From Anaerolineae bacterium (lineage in GTDB: Bacteria > Chloroflexota > Anaerolineae > Anaerolineales > E44-bin32), in assembly GCA_011174845.1 (NCBI GenBank), contig DUEW01000080.1, positions 1,536-65,535 of the forward strand: a DNA stretch of 64,000 nt. The letters run 5' to 3'. The translations under genes were made by a program, and so were the position numbers. Positions 8,973 to 17,493 of the stretch are shown here, piece after piece (position 1 is the first letter of the stretch; every line of letters begins with the position of its first letter). Below the pieces are notes generated by a model, which was given only the letters and a program-made list of their open reading frames with translations, searched no databases and was not told the DNA's origin.

Positions 8973-10487
8973 ATGGCTATGATTTCTTTCACATCGATTT
9001 TAACTTGGGTGACCTTCTTCCCGCTCCTTGGCGTATTGGTGATCCTCTTCATTCCTAGGGATCGTCCTAACGCCATTCGCTGGACCGCGCTGATCGCCTC
9101 GACGGCTACCTTTATGATCTCCCTGGTGATGTTGTCACAGTTCGATGGTGCCGATCCGGGCTTGCAGCTGGCTGTGCGTCGACCTTGGTTCCAATTAGCG
9201 GGAGTCGAAATTGAATACTCTCTCGGCGTAGACGGTTTGAGCATCCTGCTCATCTTACTAACGACCTTGCTCACCCCGATCTCTATCCTTTCGACATGGA
9301 CAGCGGTGGAAGAGCGAGTGAAGGAGTTCATGGCGTTCTTCCTTCTGCTCGAGGTCGGCATGGTCGGGGTTTTTGTCGCGCTTGATCTGTTTCTCTTCTA
9401 CATCTTCTGGGAGTTTACGTTGGTGCCTATGTACTTCCTGATAGGCATCTGGGGTGGTCCGCGCCGGACCTATGCTGCGATTAAGTTTTTCCTCTACACC
9501 ATGGCCGGTTCGATTCTAATGCTCCTTGCTATCTTGTGGCTCGGTTTACGATTTGAGACTTTCTCTGTGCCGGATCTCATTGCTCAAGGCAATATCCCTG
9601 CTGATATCCAGACATGGTTGTTCCTGGCTTTTGCCGCAGCGTTTGCGATCAAAGTTCCTATGTGGCCGCTCCATTCCTGGCTTCCAGATGCTCATGTTGA
9701 AGCACCAACGGCTGGTTCTGTGATCCTTGCTGGTGTCTTGCTGAAAATGGGGACCTATGGCTTCCTTCGTTTCAATATTCCTCTGTTTCCCGAGGCAGCT
9801 GCACGCTATGCGCCGTGGATGGCCGTTCTAGCGGTAATCGGGATCCTTTACGGTGCAGCAGTTTCCTACGCTCAGAGAGATGTTAAGAAACTTGTCGCCT
9901 ACTCGTCGGTCAGCCACCTCGGTTTTGTTGTACTGGGCTTGTTCGCTTTAAACTCCCAGGGTATCCAAGGCGGCATCTTGCAGATGGTGAACCACGGGTT
10001 GAGCACAGGCGCTTTGTTTATCATCGTAGGCATGATCTACGAGCGTCGACATACGCGCGAGATGGACGATTTCGGGGGGTTATGGCGGGTGATGCCCGTA
10101 TATGCCGCGTTGACCCTGGTTGTCACCTTATCGTCAATGGGGCTACCTGGTCTGAATGGCTTTGTCGGTGAGTTCACCATCCTGCTTGGCTCTTTTGGGT
10201 CAGAAGCCATCGGGTCGAGTTGGTTTGCAGGCCTAGCGGCGGCAGGGGTGATCTTGGCGGCCATTTACTTGCTCTTCATGTTCCAAAAGCTCTTTCTCGG
10301 TCCATTGGACAAGGAAGAGAACAAAACACTAAAAGACTTAAATTGGCGCGAAGTGGTTACCTTGGTGCCGCTGATTCTGCTCATCTTCTGGATTGGACTC
10401 TATCCGAGACCATTCTTCAACCTGATAGCGCCGGCGGTGGATAAACTCGTGGCCACCCTTCAAGCAGCCGCATTTGTGGTTCATTAA
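8973..10487 (+). CDS. nuoM: NADH-quinone oxidoreductase subunit M (antiporter-like)
   Basis: 504-aa polytopic ORF. Conserved WLPDAHVEAPTAGSVILAGVLLKMGTYG motif. Operon position. Confidence 0.93.
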   Translation: MAMISFTSILTWVTFFPLLGVLVILFIPRDRPNAIRWTALIASTATFMISLVMLSQFDGADPGLQLAVRRPWFQLAGVEIEYSLGVDGLSILLILLTTLLTPISILSTWTAVEERVKEFMAFFLLLEVGMVGVFVALDLFLFYIFWEFTLVPMYFLIGIWGGPRRTYAAIKFFLYTMAGSILMLLAILWLGLRFETFSVPDLIAQGNIPADIQTWLFLAFAAAFAIKVPMWPLHSWLPDAHVEAPTAGSVILAGVLLKMGTYGFLRFNIPLFPEAAARYAPWMAVLAVIGILYGAAVSYAQRDVKKLVAYSSVSHLGFVVLGLFALNSQGIQGGILQMVNHGLSTGALFIIVGMIYERRHTREMDDFGGLWRVMPVYAALTLVVTLSSMGLPGLNGFVGEFTILLGSFGSEAIGSSWFAGLAAAGVILAAIYLLFMFQKLFLGPLDKEENKTLKDLNWREVVTLVPLILLIFWIGLYPRPFFNLIAPAVDKLVATLQAAAFVVH

Positions 10488-10490
10488 GCC

Positions 10491-11942
10491 ATGGATACCC
10501 GTGATTTGATCTCCATACTCCCATTGCTTGTCCTGGCAGGTTGGGCATGTCTCTTGTTGTTAATCGATCTTTTTGTGCCTCGCGATCGAAAAAGTATCAC
10601 TGCGATCCTAGCTGCGATAGGCATATCGGTAGCTCTAGTTATTAATTTGATGCAATTAGGCGAAGTTAGGCAGGCCTTCAATGGGATGATCGTTCTCGAT
10701 GGTTTCGCCTCTCTTCTAATTACGCTTTTCCTGGCTGTCGGTTTAATCGCCATTGCGCAGGCTTATGACTACATAAAACGACGTGGTATCGAGCGCGGAG
10801 AGTATTACTCGCTATTACTCTTCACGCTGTGCGGGATGTTGCTGATGGCGACTGCAGGCGACCTCATTGTGGTCTTTTTAGCGCTTGAGCTGCTCTCGAT
10901 CCCGCTGTATGTATTGGCGGGCTTCGCACGTCCTCAGTTGGAATCGGAAGAAGCGGCGATTAAGTACTTCCTGCTAGGCGCCTTCGCTTCCGGCTTTGTG
11001 GTCTACGGTATTGCGCTTATCTTCGGCGCGACGGGTACAACGGCATTAGATGGCATCGTAGCTTCCTTTGCCGCGACTCAGGAAAACCCAGTATTACTCT
11101 TAGTCGGCTCCGGAATGATCCTCGTCGGATTGGGTTTCAAAGTTGCGGTCGTTCCGTTTCACATGTGGACGCCGGATGTTTATCATGGTGCGCCTACGGC
11201 GGTAACGGCTTTCATGTCTGTAGGAGCCAAGGCAGGGGGCTTTGCGGCTTTGCTGCGCGTATTTCTGGCTGCGTTCCCGGAACTTTCAGCTGCTTGGGCG
11301 CCTATGGCGATGTGGATCGCCGCCCTGACGATGGCCTGGGGCAACATAGCTGCCATCGCTCAAAAGAACATCAAGCGCATGTTAGCCTACTCGAGTATTG
11401 CTCATGCCGGGTATATATTAATGGCGCTACCGGCGGCGGCTAATCCTACAGTAGCACCTGAGGCCCTACGAGCGGTGTTGTTCTATCTTTTCGGCTATGC
11501 CATCACCAATCTTGGGGCTTGGGGTGTGGTAGTAGCGATGGAAAAAGCTGAGGGAGGAGGTTTGGCGATCGAGGATTATTCTGGTCTAAGCAACCGGCGA
11601 CCAGGTTTTGCTCTCGCCATGGCTCTCTTTATGCTCTCATTAACTGGCATGCCACCTACAGTAGGCTTCATCGGTAAGTTTTACATCTTCCGAGCGGTTA
11701 TCGACGCTGATCTCATCTGGCTGGCGCTAGTGGGTGTGATCACATCCTTGATCTCCGCTTATTACTATCTGCGTGTAATCGTTGTGATGTATATGCGATC
11801 CGGGGAGCCGGAGACTCGTTCGGAAAGTTGGCTGAACGCCACCGTGTGGCTGACCGGGCTTGGGACGATCGTATTTGGCATCGTACCAGGACCCTTGTTG
11901 GCATTGGCAAGCCAGTCGTGGTTGTCCTCGCTGGTGCCGTAA
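10491..11942 (+). CDS. nuoN: NADH-quinone oxidoreductase subunit N (antiporter-like)
   Basis: 483-aa polytopic ORF. Conserved FHMWTPDVYHGAPTAVTAF and KRMLAYSSIAHAGY motifs. Last gene of the operon. Confidence 0.92.
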   Translation: MDTRDLISILPLLVLAGWACLLLLIDLFVPRDRKSITAILAAIGISVALVINLMQLGEVRQAFNGMIVLDGFASLLITLFLAVGLIAIAQAYDYIKRRGIERGEYYSLLLFTLCGMLLMATAGDLIVVFLALELLSIPLYVLAGFARPQLESEEAAIKYFLLGAFASGFVVYGIALIFGATGTTALDGIVASFAATQENPVLLLVGSGMILVGLGFKVAVVPFHMWTPDVYHGAPTAVTAFMSVGAKAGGFAALLRVFLAAFPELSAAWAPMAMWIAALTMAWGNIAAIAQKNIKRMLAYSSIAHAGYILMALPAAANPTVAPEALRAVLFYLFGYAITNLGAWGVVVAMEKAEGGGLAIEDYSGLSNRRPGFALAMALFMLSLTGMPPTVGFIGKFYIFRAVIDADLIWLALVGVITSLISAYYYLRVIVVMYMRSGEPETRSESWLNATVWLTGLGTIVFGIVPGPLLALASQSWLSSLVP

Positions 11943-11966
11943 AAATACTTCCTGCAGAAAATCTTT

Positions 11967-11996
11967 CGCAGGTGTTAACCTGCGATGGTTTTTTTT
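11967..11996 (+). terminator. Putative intrinsic terminator of the nuo operon
   Basis: Stem CGCAGG / CCTGCG with loop TGTTAA (11967-11984), followed by ATGG and a T8 run (11889 is not meant; the T run is 11989-11996). Located 25 nt after the nuoN stop. Confidence 0.5.
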
Positions 11997-12133
11997 CTAT
12001 CGGTTTTGCAAATTAGCGACTTTGAGATCTCGTATACACCAAACCGATGTTTGCGAGATAAGTAACTTGGCCACTTTCCCCATTAACCTGTCCCATGTAC
12101 ACTTTTTGGTCTAAGTGATAACATAACCACCTC

Positions 12134-13213
12134 ATGCGAAAGCTTATTTTCGGCCTTCTGTTACTGCTAACCTTCTACTACTTGTCCACACATTATGAAG
12201 AACTAAAACAAGTTCTCGAAGTGTTCAGAGAAGGTGATGGACGCTGGTTATGGGCCGCTATTGGTGTGCAACTCCTCTGGACGGCGAATATCGCCGCTGC
12301 CTTCCAGGCATGCTACGACATCATGGGGATAAGGGAGCGTTTAGCCAGGTTAGTGGTCTTAACCTCAGCAGCGATCTTCGTCAACGTCGTCGTTCCCACG
12401 TATGGAGTTGGAACCGTAGCAGTTCTGGTCACAGATGGTCATCAACGTGGCAGGCCGGCTGGGAAGGTCTGGACGGCAGTCTTTTTATATACCTTATTTG
12501 ACTACCTTGGCTTTATGGTTGTATTATTGCCGGCGATGATCATTCTGGATCAGCTTGGTGCGATGAACATTGTGTTCATCACTGCGGGGCTCTTCGCGGT
12601 AGCGGTAGCAGTCGTGCTGATTGCTATGACATTCCTGGGAATTTGGTCCGAGTCGAAGATGGTGGGGACAGTGTCTACCTTGGTAACACTACTGAACAAA
12701 GCCCTGCACCCTTTACTTCGACGTGATCTGATTAATCCTTTTCGAGCGCAGATCTTCGCGCATGAAATGTCGGATGGGCTGAGACAGATTCGGCGCTCAC
12801 CAAGGGGTCTTATCGCCCCCGGCGCTTTAGCGCTGACTCGAAAAGTACTGATGATGACGATCCTATATATGGTCTCTAAGGCTTTTCATCATCCGCTTCC
12901 TCTCGACGCACTCTTGGCCACTTTTGGCATTAGTTATTTATTTTCGGTCGCCTCGCTTACCCCATCAGGTGTTGGCATCGTAGAAGGTGCGATGGTGGTC
13001 ACACTGGTTGCTTTGAACGTTCCCCTGGCCACTGCGGTGGCGATCGCGCTCGCTTACCGCGGTATTACACTTTGGCTCAGATTAGCTTATGGCGGTCTGG
13101 CAGTGCTGTGGTTTGGCTACAAGCCAATCACAGCAGTACAAGAAAGTGCGGTCATAGGCAATCCATCCTCGCAAGACCATACTCATTCCTCCCAGGACAT
13201 GGACCAGAGCTAG
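12134..13213 (+). CDS. Polytopic membrane protein, UPF0104 / lysylphosphatidylglycerol-synthase-TM-region-like (flippase-like) family
   Basis: 359-aa ORF with about 8 hydrophobic segments and a general resemblance to TIGR00374-type proteins. Family assignment is by eye only. Confidence 0.5.
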   Translation: MRKLIFGLLLLLTFYYLSTHYEELKQVLEVFREGDGRWLWAAIGVQLLWTANIAAAFQACYDIMGIRERLARLVVLTSAAIFVNVVVPTYGVGTVAVLVTDGHQRGRPAGKVWTAVFLYTLFDYLGFMVVLLPAMIILDQLGAMNIVFITAGLFAVAVAVVLIAMTFLGIWSESKMVGTVSTLVTLLNKALHPLLRRDLINPFRAQIFAHEMSDGLRQIRRSPRGLIAPGALALTRKVLMMTILYMVSKAFHHPLPLDALLATFGISYLFSVASLTPSGVGIVEGAMVVTLVALNVPLATAVAIALAYRGITLWLRLAYGGLAVLWFGYKPITAVQESAVIGNPSSQDHTHSSQDMDQS

Positions 13214-13350
13214 TTTGCTGAACCAGAATGTAACAGCAAGATCGCCTTCCCGTACCTGACTGTAAGCCACCAGATGCGATCCCCCTGAATTTGTCCTTCG
13301 AATCTCATTAAAGAGTGCACTGAAAAAACTACACTCGAGAACTAGGGAGA

Positions 13351-13395
13351 GGTATATGTGGGGGTGCGGGCGCAGCCTGCGCCCCCACATATACC
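13351..13395. terminator. Long GC-rich hairpin between convergent genes (TGTGGGG...CCCCACA hairpin family)
   Basis: GGTATATGTGGGGG ... CCCCCACATATACC forms a perfect 14-bp stem around a GC-rich loop (TGCGGGCGCAGCCTGCG). A T7 run follows at 13417-13424. Lies between the 12134..13213(+) and 13487..14332(-) genes. Confidence 0.6.
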
Positions 13396-13486
13396 GATCC
13401 TCTTCTCGCGGTTGACTTTTTTTCAGGGGAGTCAATAAAGAGAAATTGTTTTGATTTTAGTTCAGAGTAATCATTGGGGATGGCGA

Positions 13487-14332
13487 TTAAGTAGAATGAG
13501 CGTCCGCCCACTCGCTACAAGTGATGAATCTGGTTTTCTGCTGTACCAATTTTCCTAGAAGGATGTGGATGATCTTGATCGCCTCCTCGCCCATGTTCCT
13601 GCCCGTTAAGTCGGCAGGGGTCGTTGATCGACCGGTCACAAAATCCCAATACCCTCTAAGGAGGTCGTACTTCATTTTCGTTTGATGGACCGCATTTCCT
13701 CTTCTTGAAAGATCCTGGGATGCAGGTCCCATCCTGTCCAACTCCCAGCTGTGGAAGTAGAAATTATTTACCGTTTCAGGTATGTATTTCACGAATCTCG
13801 TCGGGCCTAGTAGGCGCAAGGAGGAGAGAGAGAGGGGTAGGTTCAAAGCGGTAAAGGTTTGAATTGGGATTTCGATGATACCTTCGACTTTCATGTTTGT
13901 AAACGGATAAACAAGTTTCTCCGCGATAAAGAGGCTATTAACCTGACTGGAATCGTAGAGAAAACCATGTTCGCTCAAGACCTGTCCCAGGTTAGCAGGG
14001 ATGACCAAGTGGGGGCAACGGAAACCTGAGCACACCATGCCAATCCTTTGGAACGCCTCATGAGTCATTCTGATCTCTTGTTTTAATTCGTGAGATTTTA
14101 GCCTCCTTAAGTTGCGGTGAAAGTATCCATGAGCGGCGACCTCATGATCCTGGGCTATCCGCTTAACGAGATCCTGATTTTCTATCACCGATTCACCGCA
14201 GATAAAGAAAGTACCGCGGACGCCGTATTCGTTAAACAGTTCCAATACCCGTTCGATGTGATTGCGGGACTTGATGGGATCGAACTGGTTGATTTGATCG
14301 ACGTCGACGGTGATACAGGTCAGGTTACTCAT
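13487..14332 (-). CDS. Polysaccharide deacetylase (NodB-homology domain)
   Basis: 281-aa ORF. NodB motif 1 TVDVD and motif 2 HGYFH, with FFICGE between them. 4-nt overlap with the upstream esterase gene. Confidence 0.75.
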   Translation of the reverse strand: MSNLTCITVDVDQINQFDPIKSRNHIERVLELFNEYGVRGTFFICGESVIENQDLVKRIAQDHEVAAHGYFHRNLRRLKSHELKQEIRMTHEAFQRIGMVCSGFRCPHLVIPANLGQVLSEHGFLYDSSQVNSLFIAEKLVYPFTNMKVEGIIEIPIQTFTALNLPLSLSSLRLLGPTRFVKYIPETVNNFYFHSWELDRMGPASQDLSRRGNAVHQTKMKYDLLRGYWDFVTGRSTTPADLTGRNMGEEAIKIIHILLGKLVQQKTRFITCSEWADAHST

Positions 14333-15087
14333 AGTCTTCGGATAAAGTCTGCAACGACTTTAAATACTGCTTCGCGATCTACATCTAAAACAACGACATG
14401 ACCGGAATTCTCCGCGTAGTATAGTTCTTTGACTTCCGAGCTGACAGCCTCGAGAATTAATTCCGCACCTTTTGGATCGACCCGGTTGTCATATTTCGCC
14501 TGGACGACCAGGATAGGAGCGGTGATCTTTGAGAGGTTTTCTCGCACAAACCGTGCGAGAACCATGCCGTGGTAGGTAAAGTGTGAAGGTAACTTTCTAA
14601 ATCTTGGAAGATCCTTAGCTAACGTCCAATCCCTCACCATCTGATAATCGAAACGGGGCAGATACTTAAATCTTTGGCTGAGCCATCGAAAGACCTTCTC
14701 ATGATCCATGTACCTAAAGATTGAAAATCCTGGAATGATCGGTGGACATATGGTGATTAATCCATCCGGTTTCTGGGTAATGGCTAAGTAGGATGCCAAC
14801 GATCCTCCGTTGCTGATCCCGCCTACGTAGATCTTGCGGAACTTCGAAAGTTTGGCATAAGCATTCTCGGCATCTTTTTTCCAGACCTCGATATTTGATT
14901 TCTCTAGATCCTTTAAATCACGGCTTTGGTGAAAAGAGAGGGTAGGCGCATAGACGGTTAGACCCTCATGGTGGAGGTGTTCGGCTAAGCCACGAACTTC
15001 AAAGGAGGTTCCCGCCAGTCCGTGGATAAGAAGGACGGCCTTATCTCCTTCGTTCTCAAGCCATATCGGACGGACATCAATTTCCAT
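14329..15087 (-). CDS. Alpha/beta-hydrolase (carboxylesterase / lysophospholipase-like)
   Basis: 252-aa ORF. HGLAGT oxyanion region, nucleophile elbow G-I-S-N-G-G, and a C-terminal SGHVV histidine region. Confidence 0.75.
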   Translation of the reverse strand: MEIDVRPIWLENEGDKAVLLIHGLAGTSFEVRGLAEHLHHEGLTVYAPTLSFHQSRDLKDLEKSNIEVWKKDAENAYAKLSKFRKIYVGGISNGGSLASYLAITQKPDGLITICPPIIPGFSIFRYMDHEKVFRWLSQRFKYLPRFDYQMVRDWTLAKDLPRFRKLPSHFTYHGMVLARFVRENLSKITAPILVVQAKYDNRVDPKGAELILEAVSSEVKELYYAENSGHVVVLDVDREAVFKVVADFIRRL

Positions 15088-15717
15088 GGTCGACTCCTAA
15101 AGATGATGATTAAGATGGTCCACTATTGTGTGAAAGCAAAACGCCGGTCCGTGTCATGGATGATCGAAGCTGCATGATGAGATGTCCCTTGAACCGGCGA
15201 TTTTTATCCGCGTGTCTACGACACCGCTTTTGACTCCATCAAGACTATATAGTGAGAACGTATCGGTGTCAATTTCATTTGCTGACTCTCAGACTTGGAT
15301 TTGTGTAATCTAGAGAAACCACTTCCCTAGTTGGTTTGAAACTCTGATTGATCATCAGAGGCGATCTTCGGTCTGAGGTTGCACGTTGAGCATATCGAAC
15401 CGTCAGTCGAGTGGTTTGGTAGCCTTTCCTGCAGATGGATGTCTGTGGATAATTCTATCCTCAATCGGTAGCGTTGGGGCGCAATTCAAGTCCGCCTCTA
15501 CTCATTCTACGTCAAGTTGATTGGGGTGGGTTTATGTCATGATGAACTCGGTGAGGTGCGACGAATCCCATTCATTCGCGGGCCTCGAAAACATCATAAG
15601 GATCCTTCCTTTCACTCAGGATGACTTTGGAATTTCAAACATCCCATGTGATTTACGCTCGTGAGATACGTGAGCTTGTTGTATATTTGAGGAAGTGGCT
15701 TGACCAATAGGAGAGAT

Positions 15718-16014
15718 ATGATGGCGGCAACGCGAGCACATCTTTGGATCACCGGTCTCGTCCAGGGGGTGAACTTCAGATATTATACGCGGGCAGAAGC
15801 ACTTCGTTTGCATCTCACAGGTTGGGTCCGAAACCTATGGGATGGACGAGTGGAAGCGGTGTTCGAGGGTGAAGAAGAGTCCGTTCGCAAAATGGTGGAG
15901 TGGTGCCATGTAGGACCTCCTTCGGCTCGGGTTGTCGACGTGGAAATTGAGTGGGAAACGCCGTTAGGGAATTTCAATGATTTCGACATCCGAATGAGTG
16001 GGAGGGGAGGTTGA
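15718..16014 (+). CDS. acyP: Acylphosphatase
   Basis: Signature motifs GLVQGVNFRYYT and GWVRNLWDGRVEAVFEG. ATG 15718 is preferred over the upstream TTG 15700 because AGGAG sits at 15709-15713. Confidence 0.9.
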   Translation: MMAATRAHLWITGLVQGVNFRYYTRAEALRLHLTGWVRNLWDGRVEAVFEGEEESVRKMVEWCHVGPPSARVVDVEIEWETPLGNFNDFDIRMSGRGG

Positions 16015-16370
16015 CGGCCATGGTCAAACCGAGGATCGATGCATATCGCTTCGGTCGGATTGAGATTAATGGCCAAGTTTACCATCGGGATGTAATTATC
16101 CTACCTGACCGGGTACTGCCGAATTGGTGGCGTGTCGAGGGTCACACCTTGAAGTATGAGGATTTACAGCAGGCTTTGGGATGCAAACCTAGCGTCCTTG
16201 TGATCGGCCTAGGATCCTACAGTCGTGTTCACGTGCCAGAAGATACAAGAAATGAGATCGAAGGTGCTGGAATCAAGTTGATCGCTCTTCCCACCGGCGA
16301 GGCTTGTGAAACCTACAATCAATTGCGCGAGGAAGAGCGCGTTGTGGCCGCGTTGCACTTGACATGTTAA
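16011..16370 (+). CDS. Mth938-like domain protein (DUF498 / NDUFAF3-like)
   Basis: 119-aa ORF with an ATGA-type overlap on acyP. Pattern IDAYRFGRIEINGQVYHRDVIILPD ... VLVIGLGSYSRVHVPEDTRNEIEGAGIKLIALPTGEACETYNQL is typical of the Mth938 fold family. Confidence 0.7.
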   Translation: MTAMVKPRIDAYRFGRIEINGQVYHRDVIILPDRVLPNWWRVEGHTLKYEDLQQALGCKPSVLVIGLGSYSRVHVPEDTRNEIEGAGIKLIALPTGEACETYNQLREEERVVAALHLTC

Positions 16371-16414
16371 ACCTACGATGTAGAAGGAAGGAGGCTTTGC
16401 GTCGTACTGAAAAC

Positions 16415-16445
16415 GGTAGCGCCCGGTCTTAAACCGGGCGCTACC
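16415..16445. terminator. Bidirectional terminator hairpin
   Basis: Perfect 12-bp stem GGTAGCGCCCGG / CCGGGCGCTACC with a 7-nt loop. Lies between the convergent genes 16011..16370(+) and 16480..16734(-). Confidence 0.65.
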
Positions 16446-16479
16446 ATCTTCGGGTCATTGTTGTATCGGAGGTTGCCAT

Positions 16480-16734
16480 TTATACCAGGACGAGGCAAAT
16501 GATCCCATACGCAACAGCGAGAACGCTGCTCAGCGCAAGAGCGAGCTTCGAGAGGGATAGAAATTCGCTCTTCCCCTGAACGGAGATGTCTCGATCTAGT
16601 TGTGCTGCTTTCAAGAGAAGTTCTTGTCGAGCTTTGGCAAGGCGCAAGTTATCCGTCATGGAGTTCTCCCAGTGCTTTAGGTACGTTGAAAGGAAATGCT
16701 CACTATAGCTCATTGGATGGATTTGATTCATCAT
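16480..16734 (-). CDS. Hypothetical small tail-anchored membrane protein
   Basis: 84-aa ORF. Helical N-terminal part and a single C-terminal hydrophobic segment LALALSSVLAVAYGIICLVLV. No recognisable family. Confidence 0.4.
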   Translation of the reverse strand: MMNQIHPMSYSEHFLSTYLKHWENSMTDNLRLAKARQELLLKAAQLDRDISVQGKSEFLSLSKLALALSSVLAVAYGIICLVLV

Positions 16735-16832
16735 TTGGGATACCGGCTCCCTGCTGGTTGTTTCTCTCGGGCTGTATCCCCCTTATGCCCGGGGCACTAG
16801 CAGGGAGCCGATTCCACACTAGGAGGCTAGTT

Positions 16833-17135
16833 TTACTTGGGCACTGCGTTTGATCCACCCCCATCGGAACTGATGTCACTGTAGCTTAGTTCAGCTTGCA
16901 GAAGTTCCTCACCGCTCATGACTTCGACCGAGCGTTCCACTGCATCATCGACGACCGGGCGATTGTCGAAAGCTGCTGGCCCAACGGCCTGGATGACCAT
17001 CAAACTTGCCAAGGTCACGGTCATGAGTGCCATGATTAAGTTTCGGCTGATTACACTGGTTCGGCGGCTCGCCCTCTCGCGGCTGGTTACTCGCCTTACA
17101 TCTCCCCATTGTGTCGTGCTGATGCTGATGTTCAT
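16833..17135 (-). CDS. Hypothetical single-pass membrane protein
   Basis: 100-aa ORF. Basic N-terminus, one TM (LIMALMTVTLASLMVIQAV), and an acidic C-terminal tail. Divergent from the SARP regulator gene. Confidence 0.4.
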   Translation of the reverse strand: MNISISTTQWGDVRRVTSRERASRRTSVISRNLIMALMTVTLASLMVIQAVGPAAFDNRPVVDDAVERSVEVMSGEELLQAELSYSDISSDGGGSNAVPK

Positions 17136-17493
17136 CTTGTCCTCCCCCGCCCTCTGTTTTGATTCTTTGTCCTGGTTTTGTTCTCGTTGGTCCGTTTTCT
17201 TGGCTTAAGATTAGCAAGTCGACGTTTCGCCAGTGTGGGAGCGATCGTTTATTCAGCGTGTTTTCTGTGGGAAAAAGGCAGAATCAAGGGGAGAAACCGG
17301 ATTTTAACGGGGTAAAATCTTCATTAAGCGTGGCTAAATGCCTGCTTTGGGTGTTATAAGAGTGCGGGGACGATTTCCAAACTCGACATGGCTTTGCATC
17401 CTTCTGATGCTATACTCGTAAATACCTGCGTCGTTTGCGTAAGTATCCTTCCTTTCGTCGAGTACAACGCAAAGATCCAATGGTGACTAGAGG

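Noticed and set aside
1-11942. Possibility that the nuo cluster is a formate-hydrogenlyase or Mrp-type antiporter locus rather than complex I
   Set aside because: The presence of NuoE, NuoF (FMN/NADH motifs) and a 75-kDa-type NuoG, together with the H-I-J-K-L-M-N order, identifies a canonical NADH dehydrogenase I operon. nuoA-D presumably lie upstream of the window.
15505-15535. A tRNA gene
   Set aside because: Only a T-loop-like TTCAAGT with a 3-prime stem is present. There is no complementary 5-prime T-stem, anticodon arm, D-arm or acceptor pairing, so this is at most a fragment.
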